DNA of 64,000 bases from SAR324 cluster bacterium (GCA_015232315.1 JADFZZ010000006.1:94600-158599), one strand, 5' to 3'. Positions 38,303 through 49,545 are shown, counted from the stretch's first letter. A program made the numbers and translations. Notes: a model not told the origin generated them from the letters alone.

Positions 38303-39916
38303 GTGCTCTATCGGTGTGGTCAAATTTTAACTCTTTGGATGGCCTTGTGGACAATTACCTGCGTTTATTCAGGAGTTGTTTATAGTGCCTCGGAAAAACC
38401 TGGAGTTGGGGTATTATCGGTTCAAGCGGTATATCCCTCAAATGGTTTTGAATGGCTGGGAGACTTTATCCAGGAAGAATTGACCCATCAACTGCTTCTC
38501 AATGAAAAATATGCGGTGATGCATACCTCCGTTATGCATCAGTGGCATCATAGCTTATTTTTTTCATCTGCCTCCTCAGTATCATTTGATAGTCTTCAAA
38601 AAATGGGGCTCCAATTTTTAATGGAGCTCTCATTTCAAAAAGTGATGAATCACGTGGCACTCACGTGGCACTTATATTTTTTTGAAAACAATCAATTTAT
38701 CGTTCAAACCCACCAAAGTTTTCAAAAATTTGCTGATCCAGACACTTTTATCCAGAGTTTAGTCAGCAGTTTGGTCTTATATCATCCTGCATTTTCTACT
38801 TTACGTTTTTTCCCTCAGAACACACAATGGTCAGGTATTGAAGCCTATTATCAATGGCGGCAGATTATGCCTGAATCTCCTCAGGACCCTGAATGGCTGT
38901 CATCCGAAAACCAATTGAAATCATTTCAGGTAACTTATCCGTTTCTGACACGATTGGTTCAATATGATCTGGCTAAACATTATATTATTGAGAGTCAATT
39001 TTCAGATAATTCATCATCGATAGTTCAGGCCTTACAAGCAATTCAGGAAGCTGTGAAATCGGATCCTAAAAATGATCAGTACCGACTTTTACTGAGCTTG
39101 ATTTACTGGTATCAGGATCAAAAACACCTGGCCAAGGCCGAGTCTGTCATTGCAAATGCGTCAAATCCCTTGAATGGTATTGCCTGGATATTATATGGTA
39201 TGACAATAGGAAAGCATCTTTTGGATGGGGAACAATTCATTCGTAAGGGGTTGATATACTACCCGTTTTTAAAAGATGAAACAACGCCATTTTCGGTGTA
39301 CTATCGTTTGTATACTACCTTAAAACCATGGTTTTTTGAAAAAACCGTCAACGATTCCTCGATTAAGAAAAATCCTTATGAATTGGGAGTTGAGGCGTTC
39401 AACAATCAGCAGTGGGAACAGGCTCAAAACTATTTCGAAGAGTCGCTGAAAACAGAAAACTCACTGGATGTACAATTATATTTGGCCAAGATCAAAATCG
39501 AACGTAATCTTTATCATGAGGCCTTATCTCAATTGACAGATCTGCAAAAAAGTAATCCTCAACATGATCTCATTATTTATTATTTAGGATACATTCAGGA
39601 ACAATTAGGCTATTTCAAGGAAGCTGAGACGCTGTACCGTCAGGCTCTTGAAATAGCACGAGACAATCCTCAGATTTTGTTTCGTCTAGGGACTGTTTTG
39701 ATCAAGGTTGGTAAACTGGATGACGCACAGAATATAATGGAAGGCGTTAGTAAAAAATATCCGGATTATCCAAAAATCTGGTGGAATTTGGGGATTTTAT
39801 ATATGCAAAAAAAAGCATTTTCTAAAGCACAGGTTGCATTGGAAGAATCTCTCAGACGTGATCCTGACAATAAAAAAATTCAAAATTTACTCAACAAAGC
39901 AAAACAATCTCAATGA
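38303..39916 (+). CDS. TPR-repeat protein
   Basis: C-terminal half contains multiple 34-aa TPR-like repeats (e.g. AWILYGMTIGKHL..., YYLGYIQEQLGYFKEAETLYRQALEIARDNPQILFRLGTVLIKVGKLDDAQ). Confidence 0.6.
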   Translation: MLYRCGQILTLWMALWTITCVYSGVVYSASEKPGVGVLSVQAVYPSNGFEWLGDFIQEELTHQLLLNEKYAVMHTSVMHQWHHSLFFSSASSVSFDSLQKMGLQFLMELSFQKVMNHVALTWHLYFFENNQFIVQTHQSFQKFADPDTFIQSLVSSLVLYHPAFSTLRFFPQNTQWSGIEAYYQWRQIMPESPQDPEWLSSENQLKSFQVTYPFLTRLVQYDLAKHYIIESQFSDNSSSIVQALQAIQEAVKSDPKNDQYRLLLSLIYWYQDQKHLAKAESVIANASNPLNGIAWILYGMTIGKHLLDGEQFIRKGLIYYPFLKDETTPFSVYYRLYTTLKPWFFEKTVNDSSIKKNPYELGVEAFNNQQWEQAQNYFEESLKTENSLDVQLYLAKIKIERNLYHEALSQLTDLQKSNPQHDLIIYYLGYIQEQLGYFKEAETLYRQALEIARDNPQILFRLGTVLIKVGKLDDAQNIMEGVSKKYPDYPKIWWNLGILYMQKKAFSKAQVALEESLRRDPDNKKIQNLLNKAKQSQ

Positions 39917-40843
39917 GTGTATATGGTTCAACCTGTATCAGCATCTAAAAAAATCCAAAAACCAAGGTGGCTGAAAGTTCCATTTCCAGGAGGTCCCCGT
40001 TATGCCTGGATCAAAGATAAAGTAGTCTCTCTTGAGTTGAGTACTGTTTGTGAAGAAGCACGTTGTCCCAATATTGGTGAATGCTGGAACGGTGGTACTG
40101 CAACCTTTATGCTGATGGGCGACACTTGCACAAGAGGGTGCAGGTTTTGCTCAGTACATTCTGCAAAGGAACCCGCTCCTCTTGACGAAAAAGAACCTCA
40201 GAAACTGGCTGAAACCTTGGGACAAATGAAATTAACGTATGTTGTTCTTACAACCGTGGACCGTGATGATTTGCCGGATCAGGGGGCTGGACATATTGCG
40301 GGCTGTATTCGTGCGGTCAAAATTAAAAATCCTGAGTTGCTGATTGAAATTCTGATTCCGGATTTTAGGGGTGAGATGCCACTGGTTCAAAAAGTTTTGC
40401 AGGCCAAACCGTCAGTACTTGCTCATAATATTGAAACTGTGGAGCGGTTGACCCAGAAAGTCCGTGATCGAAGGGCCGGATATCATCAATCGCTGGAAGT
40501 ACTGGGATATATAAAAAAAATGAATCCAGAGCAACTGACAAAATCATCAATCATGCTGGGACTTGGGGAAACCCGAGATGAAGTGATTCAGACCATGCGG
40601 GATTTGAGAGATCAAAACGTTAACTTTCTGACTATTGGCCAATATCTTCAGCCATCCACCAAACATCTTGATGTTGAGCATTATGTGAGTCCTGAAGAAT
40701 TTGGGAATCTGGAAAACCTGGGGCTCGAAATGGGGTTTGAATATGTCGCATCCGGGCCGCTGGTCAGAAGTTCCTATAAAGCAGCAGAATATTTTATTGC
40801 ACGTAAATTGAAAAACTCTTCATCAGGCAATTATGCTACTTGA
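39917..40843 (+). CDS. lipA: Lipoyl synthase
   Basis: Auxiliary cluster motif [12 protein letters not shown] and radical-SAM motif CTRGCRFC. 308 aa. Confidence 0.9.
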   Translation: MYMVQPVSASKKIQKPRWLKVPFPGGPRYAWIKDKVVSLELSTVCEEARCPNIGECWNGGTATFMLMGDTCTRGCRFCSVHSAKEPAPLDEKEPQKLAETLGQMKLTYVVLTTVDRDDLPDQGAGHIAGCIRAVKIKNPELLIEILIPDFRGEMPLVQKVLQAKPSVLAHNIETVERLTQKVRDRRAGYHQSLEVLGYIKKMNPEQLTKSSIMLGLGETRDEVIQTMRDLRDQNVNFLTIGQYLQPSTKHLDVEHYVSPEEFGNLENLGLEMGFEYVASGPLVRSSYKAAEYFIARKLKNSSSGNYAT

Positions 40844-42119
40844 TGCACCTCTTACACTTCCACATTTGTCCGGTATTGGCGGCCATGTTTGTCTGCCGGG
40901 ATCAAAAAGCATGTCAAACCGGGCCTTGTTATTAAGTGCTTTGGCTCGTGGAGAGACAATTGTTGAAAATATTCTGGATAGCGATGATGTCCGGTATATG
41001 GTTCAGGCTCTGGAAACATTGGGGCTTCAATTAACCAATAACTGGGACCAGCATTGGATAAAAATTCAGGGCTGCGCTGGAATTTGGCCAGTCAAGGGAA
41101 CCGAGTTGTTTTTAGGAAATGCTGGAACGGCGATTCGTCCTTTGACGGTGGCTGTCGCATTGGGGGATGGACGTTTTGTTCTGGATGGTGTTCCCAGAAT
41201 GAGAGAGCGACCGATTCAGGATTTACTGGACGCAATGAATACTTTGGGCATGCAGGTCAGAAGCCTTCACGAGACAGGCTGTCCTCCAGTTGAGGTGATT
41301 GCCAGCGGGATTCCCGGGGGAGTAACAGAATTGAGTGGTGCGATCAGCAGTCAATTTCTGACAGCGCTTCTCATGGTTGCTCCTTATGCCAAAAAAGATG
41401 TGACCATTAAAATTAAAGACAAGCTGGTTTCAGTTCCCTATGTTGTTATGACTCTTGAAATGATGAAACACTTTGGTGTGAAGGTTGAGCATAAAAATTT
41501 TGAACAGTTTTATATTCAGCACGGTCAGGTTTATCAATCACCAGGACATTTTTATGTCGAAGGTGACGCCTCCTCAGCGTCTTATTTTTTGGCTGGGGCC
41601 GCGATTACTGGAAAAACTGTAACAGTGGAAGGCTGTGGCAAGATGAGTCTTCAGGGAGATGTCAATTTTGCGGATGTTCTTGCTCAAATGGGGGCAACGG
41701 TAGAATGGACTCCGCATTCTGTGACGGTAACAGGAAATGGATTGCAAGGTGTAGATATTGATATGAATACCATGCCTGATGCCGCCATGACGTTAGCTGT
41801 TGCGGCGTTATTTGCCAATGGGCCGACACGAATCAGGAATATCTATAACTGGCGATTGAAAGAAACAGAACGCTTGCATGCTGTTTCAACAGAATTGCGA
41901 AAATTGGGTGCTGACATTGAGGAAGGTGTTGATTATCTGGTGATTGAACCGCCGCCACAAATAAAAAGTACGTCAATTGAGACTTATGATGACCACCGGA
42001 TGGCAATGGCGTTCTCTTTGGCAGCCTGTGGTGAAGGGCAAATCACTATTAATCAACCGGATTGTGTTTCAAAAACTTTTCCTGATTATTTTGATGTATT
42101 GCTATCACTTCAGTGCTGA
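40833..42119 (+). CDS. aroA: 3-phosphoshikimate 1-carboxyvinyltransferase (EPSP synthase)
   Basis: [15 protein letters not shown]-terminal signature and the conserved [13 protein letters not shown] loop. 428 aa. Overlaps the lipA end by 11 nt. Confidence 0.9.
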   Translation: MLLDAPLTLPHLSGIGGHVCLPGSKSMSNRALLLSALARGETIVENILDSDDVRYMVQALETLGLQLTNNWDQHWIKIQGCAGIWPVKGTELFLGNAGTAIRPLTVAVALGDGRFVLDGVPRMRERPIQDLLDAMNTLGMQVRSLHETGCPPVEVIASGIPGGVTELSGAISSQFLTALLMVAPYAKKDVTIKIKDKLVSVPYVVMTLEMMKHFGVKVEHKNFEQFYIQHGQVYQSPGHFYVEGDASSASYFLAGAAITGKTVTVEGCGKMSLQGDVNFADVLAQMGATVEWTPHSVTVTGNGLQGVDIDMNTMPDAAMTLAVAALFANGPTRIRNIYNWRLKETERLHAVSTELRKLGADIEEGVDYLVIEPPPQIKSTSIETYDDHRMAMAFSLAACGEGQITINQPDCVSKTFPDYFDVLLSLQC

Positions 42120-42121
42120 TG

Positions 42122-43207
42122 TCAATTGATGGTCAAGACTCCGTAATCGCCTGCGGCAGTAGTGCTTGAATACTTTTTAACCACGCCATTTGTCAAACTG
42201 TCAACACCGCTGTCTGTTCTTTTAGGATCATGGTGGCATAAAAGAACCATCCCAACACCTGCCATTTTACACAGAGAAACTGCATACTCATCACATCCAT
42301 GTCCCCAGCCTGTATACATTGATTTGTACTCATCAATTTTATACTGACAGTCAAGCATCAAACAATCTGCTCCTTTGACGTGTTGCAATAAGCTTTGGGA
42401 AACACTTTCTTGTAATTCATGATCTGTCAGAAATACAAATTTTTGTCCTCCCGGCATTTCCAACGCATAACTGATAGTAGTGTCAGGATGAAAAGTAGTA
42501 TGCATGAATACTTTGACACATTCCTTGAGCGGAACAGTGACTTTGCTACGCATTTCATTTTTATAATGAATTCTGGAAATGTTGACTGTGGCATTGGGAT
42601 GTTCTGTTTTATTCAGATAACTGACTTTTGAGATCCAGCCAATACCAAGAACATCTTTATGCAGAAGGCCGACCTGGGTGGTTGGCTGAGCAACGTTTTG
42701 AAATTGAAAATGATAACCGATTTGCTGAAATGGGATAGGAAAAAAAGGTTTACGAAAGGCTCCATTAGCCACGGCTTCTTGAGGTCCAATGAGTTTGTCC
42801 TTAGGACCGAACATATATAAACATGTCTGTTCAATAAAAGGAAAGCCTGTGAAGGGAAGGCCTACAATGTGATCCCAGTGATAATGGGTAAATCCCACCA
42901 TTACCGCATGATCAACGCTTCTAAAAATGTTGCTGATAAAAGGACCTGCCGCTTCTCCGGCTGGTTGCATGCCGCCACCGGCATCCAAGAAAAATTTGAG
43001 ATCGGGATGAAAATACTTACTCTTGATTTCAAGACAGGTGGTGTTACCACCATAATGCATTTTGTTTGGTGCACAAACATCTTTAGAGCCTCTGGTGCCC
43101 CATGTGACCACACCGATAGCATCTGAGCAAGGTTGCTGTACATACTGAATGGCAGATTGCTGACGTCTGACTAAATCTGGATCCAGATAATATTTTTTTG
43201 TAGACAT
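42122..43207 (-). CDS. MBL-fold metallo-hydrolase
   Basis: HxHxDH motif (FTHYHWDHIVGL) of the metallo-beta-lactamase superfamily. 361 aa. Confidence 0.65.
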   Translation of the reverse strand: MSTKKYYLDPDLVRRQQSAIQYVQQPCSDAIGVVTWGTRGSKDVCAPNKMHYGGNTTCLEIKSKYFHPDLKFFLDAGGGMQPAGEAAGPFISNIFRSVDHAVMVGFTHYHWDHIVGLPFTGFPFIEQTCLYMFGPKDKLIGPQEAVANGAFRKPFFPIPFQQIGYHFQFQNVAQPTTQVGLLHKDVLGIGWISKVSYLNKTEHPNATVNISRIHYKNEMRSKVTVPLKECVKVFMHTTFHPDTTISYALEMPGGQKFVFLTDHELQESVSQSLLQHVKGADCLMLDCQYKIDEYKSMYTGWGHGCDEYAVSLCKMAGVGMVLLCHHDPKRTDSGVDSLTNGVVKKYSSTTAAGDYGVLTIN

Positions 43208-43311
43208 CCATCCCTTTGTGACAAATCAAAGTCGGTGAATATAACCTGAATTTCAAGAATTATTGCTTTATAACTTGTTCAATATAGATGCGCAACCAAA
43301 AATTCATGGAG

Positions 43312-44334
43312 TCATGTATTTTGGAAAGGAAGAAAGCGGGTAAGACTGACCGCTGTATTAATCATGGTCTGAAGTAATTTTCCTCCAACTGGCCCTAATA
43401 AAATCATGGTTTTAAGAAAATCGCATATGATTGAATTTTTATATCCAGCAGGAAGTTCCTGCAGAAATACCAATTTTTTTTGTGCATCATGATTCAGTTT
43501 GTTGATCAAATCGTAGCTGATATCCAAAATGACCGTTTTTTGAATAATGGTATAATCAATTTTTTCATGATGGACCCAGTTCCGCATTACTCCTTCACGG
43601 TGTGCCCAATCCAGAAGTTGCTTTTCTTCTTTATATCGCATCAATGATTTGCTGTTTGTTTGAGAAGCATTTGCATTGTGTCTTCGATATCGAAAGACGG
43701 GTGTAGCCGTCGCACAGATACGATATCCATGGAATAATACACGAAACCAGTACTCCCAATCCTGTACTTGTCCGTATGCAGGATTAAAGCCTCCTATCAC
43801 ATCAACCATTTTTTTTCTAAAAAAAACACTGGGGCAATTAATGTAAGCTCCTGTTAATAATTTGGAAAATTCAAATTCAGGAGAATGATAAATTTCTTGT
43901 TGGCGAAAATATTTATTTTGTTTATAGAGTTCAACAGGCGAATTTACAGGTTCCGATTTTTCGTTGATTGTGATGGCTGGACAATGAGCAAGGGCTGCGT
44001 CTGGATATTTAAGGATGAGACTTCTCATTGTTTCCAGATATGTGGGTTCATATTCATCATCAAAGTGCAGAAGTGTGAAAAATGGTGTTTTGACCAAATC
44101 CACGGATCTGTTCCAGTTTGAGGTAATTCCTGCATTGGCGTATTCAAAGATCTCAAGATGAGGCAATACAATTTCAGAATGACGAACTAGATCTACAGAA
44201 TTATCCTTAGAACCATCGTCCACCACATATATTAAAAAATTTTGATATGTTTGCTGGCTCAGACTTTTAAGTGCACGAAGTATATAATGTGCACCATTAT
44301 AATTAGGAATCAATACAGTGATGTCTGGTTGCAT
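43312..44334 (-). CDS. Glycosyltransferase family 2
   Basis: N-terminal GT-A signature VLIPNYNGAHYIL...YVVDDGSKD (DxD-containing). Confidence 0.7.
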   Translation of the reverse strand: MQPDITVLIPNYNGAHYILRALKSLSQQTYQNFLIYVVDDGSKDNSVDLVRHSEIVLPHLEIFEYANAGITSNWNRSVDLVKTPFFTLLHFDDEYEPTYLETMRSLILKYPDAALAHCPAITINEKSEPVNSPVELYKQNKYFRQQEIYHSPEFEFSKLLTGAYINCPSVFFRKKMVDVIGGFNPAYGQVQDWEYWFRVLFHGYRICATATPVFRYRRHNANASQTNSKSLMRYKEEKQLLDWAHREGVMRNWVHHEKIDYTIIQKTVILDISYDLINKLNHDAQKKLVFLQELPAGYKNSIICDFLKTMILLGPVGGKLLQTMINTAVSLTRFLPFQNT

Positions 44335-44396
44335 GAGGCGATTATAGCAGGAATGAATGGAAAATCTTGAGTCAGGAGAGCAGATACTGACATGCT

Positions 44397-45299
44397 CTAT
44401 TGGGCATTTTGTACGGATTCAAGCGGATAATACTGGTCCAGAATCAAATCATGATTGCGATTCCATACTGTGACTCTCACGGCTTTGTATTTTGGAGAAT
44501 AAGTATATTCCTTGAAAAAACGTTTGAACCGGCGGATGGAATATGAAGTAGCCTCTGTTTCCTTAAAGGGAATATCCATTTTTAGTTGAGTCTGGTTCAC
44601 CAATAGCACACGGATATAACCAGACTGTATATCATCAGTCAGATTGTAGAGGTGGAGTTGAATTGCCATCTTGGTTTTTTCAGGGTCGATTTCGAATTGG
44701 AACTGATCAATCTTAACTTCAAAAGCATCTTTGGTTCCAATATTGATTGCACTGACACTGGCTTGAGGGGTTTGTAAGGAAGGCCCTTCACTATCTTCCT
44801 GTTGTTGGTATTGCATCAACTGTTTTTTGAGAGATTCAATCTGTTGCAGATAAAGCGTTTTTTGTGTTTGTAGTTCTTTGATAAAACCTTCTTTTTTTTG
44901 AAGCTGTTCCTGGACTTCCGTGATTTTGGCAACAAAGACATTCTCTTTGCTTTGAGATTCAGAATTCAATGGTTGTTTTTCCGCAATCATTGCCTTCAAT
45001 TTTTGTAATTCAGTGTCATAATGGCTTTCAAGCTGACTTAGTGATTCCTGCAATTTTTCGGACTTTTGTTTTTCATCGTAATTAAGTTGCTGTACTTCCT
45101 GTATTTTAGCGTTATAGGCAAAGTACTGGTAGGTTGAAAAACAAGCCATGATCACAAAAATCAGGCCGATCAGCAAAAAAATTGATTTCAAATGATTGCT
45201 GTTCAATTGCCAGTTCTTTTTTGATCCAATGATATAGATTGATGTTTCCAGTTGTCCCATATCCGCTTCAGGATGAAATAATAAAAAGTCACTGTTCAA
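44397..45299 (-). CDS. Hypothetical bitopic membrane protein with long coiled coil and C-terminal beta-rich domain
   Basis: TM segment IFLLIGLIFVIMACF, ~130-aa Q/E/K-rich coiled coil, ~100-aa C-terminal domain. No motif recognised. Confidence 0.4.
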   Translation of the reverse strand: MNSDFLLFHPEADMGQLETSIYIIGSKKNWQLNSNHLKSIFLLIGLIFVIMACFSTYQYFAYNAKIQEVQQLNYDEKQKSEKLQESLSQLESHYDTELQKLKAMIAEKQPLNSESQSKENVFVAKITEVQEQLQKKEGFIKELQTQKTLYLQQIESLKKQLMQYQQQEDSEGPSLQTPQASVSAINIGTKDAFEVKIDQFQFEIDPEKTKMAIQLHLYNLTDDIQSGYIRVLLVNQTQLKMDIPFKETEATSYSIRRFKRFFKEYTYSPKYKAVRVTVWNRNHDLILDQYYPLESVQNAQ

Positions 45300-45309
45300 T
45301 CAGACTTGT

Positions 45310-46461
45310 CTATGGCAAGTCCATGTTCTCCGCCAGACGATAAATTTGTCCACCGACAGAGTCAAGAATTCCGGTGAGTTCTAATTCAACTAGTATGCCT
45401 AACAATCGATCAATCGGAATTTTTGACGCAATATGAATGGAATCGATGGTTTCGACCCCATGATGAATGGTTTCAAGAGCCAACCATTGTTCAGCAGAAT
45501 AATTACTTTTGTCCAGCAATTGTTTGTTTTTTTGTGCAAAGTCAAAAGAGGTTTGGTCTGATTTATTGCCGCACAGTTGGAGTTCTTCAAGAATTTCTGA
45601 GCCTGATACCACCAGTTTTGCCGCAGATGATGCGATTAATTGATTGGGCCCGGCACTGGTGGGCGAATCTACAGGTCCTGGAAGCGCAAAAACCTCCCGA
45701 TTCTGGTTCAGAGCAAACCCGGCAGTGATTCGGGCACCGCTTTTAATTTTTGATTCAGTGATTGTGGTCCCCAGAGAAAGTCCGCTGATAATTCTGTTGC
45801 GAATAGGAAAATTACGGGCAAGAGGTTTCAATGCCAGGGGAAATTCAGAGATCAATGCACCTTGTTTAGTGATTTCATGGGCCAGTGGAATATTTTCAGG
45901 CGGATAGATATGTTGTAGACCTCCAGCCAGAACAGCGATTGTTTTTAGCCCCAATTCCAGGGCGGTCTCATGGGCAACCGTATCAATTCCCCGTGCGAGA
46001 CCACTCACCACAACCGTGTCTGGACGAATTTGGGCAATTTCCTCAATCAGCCGTTTGGTGTGGCGTTTGCCATAAACAGTACAGGTTCGCGAACCTACGA
46101 ATGCGAGGCAAGGGGCTTGGGGCGATGGCAGAGAGCCTTTGCAGTACAGCACAAGTGGGGGCGATGCGATTTCTTTCAAAAGTTTAGGATAATTTTCAGA
46201 TTCATAGCATATCAATTTGAGGTCAGAATCTGATTCAAATAACCGTTTTTCAATCAGAAAACTTCTTGTATTTTGAGCTTGGGTAATGGCCAGGGCCAAA
46301 CTGTGAGGGATACCTGACTTTTGTTGAATTTGTTCTGCAGGCGAATGAATCAGCTCTGATACTGAAGAGTATTGGGATAGTAATCGGTTGAGGGTTTTTA
46401 TTCCGAGTCCTGAAACCAGATTGAGTGCAAGCCAGTCTAATTCAAGCATTTTAAAAACCAT
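45310..46461 (-). CDS. dprA: DNA-processing protein DprA (Smf)
   Basis: Rossmann-like DprA core with VVSGLARGIDTVAHETAL and the C-terminal winged-helix-like tail. 383 aa. Confidence 0.8.
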   Translation of the reverse strand: MVFKMLELDWLALNLVSGLGIKTLNRLLSQYSSVSELIHSPAEQIQQKSGIPHSLALAITQAQNTRSFLIEKRLFESDSDLKLICYESENYPKLLKEIASPPLVLYCKGSLPSPQAPCLAFVGSRTCTVYGKRHTKRLIEEIAQIRPDTVVVSGLARGIDTVAHETALELGLKTIAVLAGGLQHIYPPENIPLAHEITKQGALISEFPLALKPLARNFPIRNRIISGLSLGTTITESKIKSGARITAGFALNQNREVFALPGPVDSPTSAGPNQLIASSAAKLVVSGSEILEELQLCGNKSDQTSFDFAQKNKQLLDKSNYSAEQWLALETIHHGVETIDSIHIASKIPIDRLLGILVELELTGILDSVGGQIYRLAENMDLP

Positions 46462-46906
46462 TTTTCATATTGCGGGCAATTTCTATTTTTGCCTCATCTT
46501 TTTTGAGACTTTCACGTTTGTCATGAAGTTTTTTACCTTTGACCAGCGCAATTTCAACCTTTACCAGCCCATGTTTGAAATACATCTTCAGAGGGATCAG
46601 CGTGAGTCCTTTTTCGCGGGATTGACCATAAAGTTTACGAATTTCCTGTTTGCGAAGCAGCAATTTTCTGGCTTGAAGGGGATCATGGTTATTGCGGTTT
46701 CCAAAATCGTAGTGATTGATATGTGCGTTGATAAGAAAGACTTCCATTGCAGGACTTACCGCACAATAACTTTCTGAAATATTGGCCTTGCCCAGGCGAA
46801 GGCTTTTTACCTCTGTTCCTCGCAGTTCAATGCCGGTTTCAAATGTCTGAACGATTTCATATTCAAAATGTGCCTTGCGGTTAGTTACAATGATTTTGAT
46901 ATTCAT
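46451..46906 (-). CDS. smpB: SsrA-binding protein SmpB
   Basis: IVTNRKAHFEYEIVQTFETGIELRGTEVKSLRLGKANISESYC aligns closely with the conserved SmpB N-terminus. 151 aa. Confidence 0.85.
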   Translation of the reverse strand: MNIKIIVTNRKAHFEYEIVQTFETGIELRGTEVKSLRLGKANISESYCAVSPAMEVFLINAHINHYDFGNRNNHDPLQARKLLLRKQEIRKLYGQSREKGLTLIPLKMYFKHGLVKVEIALVKGKKLHDKRESLKKDEAKIEIARNMKNGF

Positions 46907-47232
46907 GGCACCCTTTTCAATAAAGTCTGGATATATTCTCCCAAATATATTGAGGCAACTTCATCCACATCAAAAAAATGAACTCCGATTTCATTACAAT
47001 CATTATTTTTCTGAAACCAGCGAATCTCACTTTCAAGAACCAGATCTGTAGAAAAACAAATATTCAGGCGATCTCCAGGCTGGCAGGGTTCATTCCAGTC
47101 CAGACAAGCGCCACCAAGGGAAATATTTCTAATTGTCACCCGGTGGTTGTTCCCTGATGCTGTTTTTACAAGGAATTCCTGGTTAATGATAAATCTTTGC
47201 TGATTGCGCTGATGGATGTTTTTCGATGTCAT
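46903..47232 (-). CDS. PilZ-domain protein (c-di-GMP receptor-type)
   Basis: RxxxR motif (RNQQR) and D/NxSxGG motif (RNISLGGA) with the expected spacing. 109 aa. 4-nt overlap with smpB. Confidence 0.65.
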   Translation of the reverse strand: MTSKNIHQRNQQRFIINQEFLVKTASGNNHRVTIRNISLGGACLDWNEPCQPGDRLNICFSTDLVLESEIRWFQKNNDCNEIGVHFFDVDEVASIYLGEYIQTLLKRVP

Positions 47233-47250
47233 TGGATTATATGAAATGGT

Positions 47251-49545
47251 TTATGATTGTCTGCGAAGATCATATTTCTTGCGTGTTTCCTGGTTAGACA
47301 ACACTTCATACGCATTTTTAATCTGTAGTGTCATCTGCTCTGCCTGCTGTTTTACCCATTCAAAATCCGAACTTTGATGACGATCAGGATGATACTCTTT
47401 CAGTTTTTTATAGAAAGCTTTTTTAATGTCATCTGCACTGGCAGATTTTGGAACTCCGAGAATTTCATAGTAATCAGGTTTAATGCTTTCTGAATTCTTT
47501 TCCATTTTCGGGGGAGGATCTTCTTTTTTTTGTTCCTGCTGTTGTTTTTCAAATTTAAAACTCCGGAGAGTCTGCAAAATAAACAAAGTTTGTGAGGTGA
47601 GTTGATTATAATTTGCGTTGGGAGATGACGCTTTTTTTTGAATAATGCGTAATTCAGCCTCGAAATCCAGGAACTGTGTGCCATATTTTTGATGAATGTC
47701 CGCTTTTTGTGCCAGTTTAAGAAATTCCATGGTTTTGGACCAAGTCTCCTCATAGTGTTTAGGATTACCAAGGGGTTTTTGTGAGGTCGCTTGTTGTTGT
47801 TTAATTTTTGTATGCAATGGCGGTTTGAGTTTGGGTTCATCGTCATCCGGCTCCATTTTGAACCGGTGTATCCACAAATGTCGGGATCGATAGGCAAATA
47901 TTCCTGCTCCTGCAAGGATTGAAAGTGCCACCATAGTGGTCAAAATATCCCATGCAAGATTTTGCTGGTCATGGGTTTCCACCTCATCAAGCAATGAAAG
48001 AGCCTGAGGGTGTTCAGGTGCGAGTTTCAGCGCATCATTGAGCAAATTTTTTGCCACAGTCCAGTTGCTGGAACGCATCCACTTTTGAGCACTCTGGATT
48101 TTCAGTTCAATTTGTGATTCTTTTTCAATGAACTCAATTTGTTGCCTGGCCTCACTGTAAAACTTACTTTGTTCCGGTACCTGTTGAAATAATTGAATTG
48201 CCTGCTGGGAATCGGCGTTCTTCATGGCTGTTTGAGCCTGTTCCATTAAAATCTGATCCTGATGCTCTTTAATTCGTTGAAGTGCGTCCATCGCTTCAGG
48301 ATGTTGAGGGGATAGAACCAGAATATCATCAACCCAACGTTGGGCTTCCTGCCATTGTCCTGCGATTTCAGCCGCATTGAGGCTGTCCAGTAAGGATGAT
48401 AATTGGTTGTTGGTCAAGGTTGTTGCGGGAATAGGCAGAATGTCAGGAAGTTCATCCAGATGGTTACGGTATCTCCGGGCTGTTTCATTGGCGCCCGCTA
48501 ATTGAAGTTTCCGAATATAATCTTTGGGATCTTCATGTGTGACTGTGGAAGATACCACCATTTTTTGCTCAGGTGTAACGGTCACAATATATTTTCCTGT
48601 TGGACTCACAGCCAGAGCATTGGCGTGCGCCAAAGCCAGTTTATTCAAAATCTGCCCATCTTTTTTGATAATATAAGCAGAAAATTCATTGGATTTATTC
48701 CTGGTTGTGATCACCATGATTTTATCGTCATAAACAGGATACAGTCCCAAAGCCTGCTCATCTTTCAGATTGGCTGAAATCTGATGGATTTTAATTCTAC
48801 TTTTCACATGTCCCCATACAAGATTGTTTTCACTATCGAGGGACAGCAGAATATTTGGGCGCACAAAGTAAGCGCCAACGACAGGAAAATGATGATAATC
48901 AATTTCTGCCAGTTTGTCTGATTGATAGGGGGCGTAGGTTAGAATTCGGTTGTTATGGGGAAAGAACACGGCCAATAGTTGTTGTTCCGGAGAATAAGCA
49001 AATCCGGAAGCTGGCATTTCACTTTTTAAAATTACACGTGATTGCGGTGTGTTTGTCTGGAGTTCATGAAAATTCAAGTCATCAATCCACCTCAGTGATT
49101 TATCAGGAAAATTGAAAGACGGGCGGGCTATGTGGGATCCCTGATACTCAAAAACTTGATGACTAACTGGATCAACAGGCTGGGAAGAAACAGAAATCGC
49201 ATCGATGTTCCATATCTGGATCTTGTTTTGATGAGCCAATACCAGTTGCTGTAGATAGGGAGCAAAAGTTAAAAACTGAAAATTTTCACCACGGGATTTG
49301 AAATGAGAAATTTCTTTAGCGGTTTGGCGATCATAAAGATATATTTCGGTCTTGCCATTGATGACCAGTCCTGCGGCTATAAGCGACTCATCATAGCTGA
49401 TCGCAAGCGAAGCAGAAGCAGGTAATTTGATCTCCTGAACTGTCTGGAGAAAAGTTGTCGGGGTTTCCGCTGTTGTGGACATGGCCGATAACAAGCAAAG
49501 TCCAATAGCGGTAATCCATGAGAACACATATTTATTGAGAGACAT
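47251..49545 (-). CDS. Membrane-anchored protein with N-terminal beta-propeller-like region, TPR repeats and a C-terminal J domain (DnaJ-like co-chaperone)
   Basis: C-terminal J domain DYYEILGVPKSASADDIKKAFYKKLKEYHPDRH (HPD tripeptide present). Signal/anchor at N-terminus, a TM near residue 545 (ILTTMVALSILAGAGIFAY) and TPR-like helices between. Start set at the internal Met (MSLNKYVF...) to avoid overlap with the UXS gene. Confidence 0.6.
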   Translation of the reverse strand: MSLNKYVFSWITAIGLCLLSAMSTTAETPTTFLQTVQEIKLPASASLAISYDESLIAAGLVINGKTEIYLYDRQTAKEISHFKSRGENFQFLTFAPYLQQLVLAHQNKIQIWNIDAISVSSQPVDPVSHQVFEYQGSHIARPSFNFPDKSLRWIDDLNFHELQTNTPQSRVILKSEMPASGFAYSPEQQLLAVFFPHNNRILTYAPYQSDKLAEIDYHHFPVVGAYFVRPNILLSLDSENNLVWGHVKSRIKIHQISANLKDEQALGLYPVYDDKIMVITTRNKSNEFSAYIIKKDGQILNKLALAHANALAVSPTGKYIVTVTPEQKMVVSSTVTHEDPKDYIRKLQLAGANETARRYRNHLDELPDILPIPATTLTNNQLSSLLDSLNAAEIAGQWQEAQRWVDDILVLSPQHPEAMDALQRIKEHQDQILMEQAQTAMKNADSQQAIQLFQQVPEQSKFYSEARQQIEFIEKESQIELKIQSAQKWMRSSNWTVAKNLLNDALKLAPEHPQALSLLDEVETHDQQNLAWDILTTMVALSILAGAGIFAYRSRHLWIHRFKMEPDDDEPKLKPPLHTKIKQQQATSQKPLGNPKHYEETWSKTMEFLKLAQKADIHQKYGTQFLDFEAELRIIQKKASSPNANYNQLTSQTLFILQTLRSFKFEKQQQEQKKEDPPPKMEKNSESIKPDYYEILGVPKSASADDIKKAFYKKLKEYHPDRHQSSDFEWVKQQAEQMTLQIKNAYEVLSNQETRKKYDLRRQS

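Noticed and set aside
37925-38323. 132-aa minus-strand ORF antisense to the zapB-like gene (P/L/R-rich translation)
   Set aside because: It is the antisense reading of the GAA/GAG-rich acidic-tail tract, which generates L/P/R-rich open frames artefactually. The + strand coiled-coil ORF has a recognisable ZapB-like pattern.
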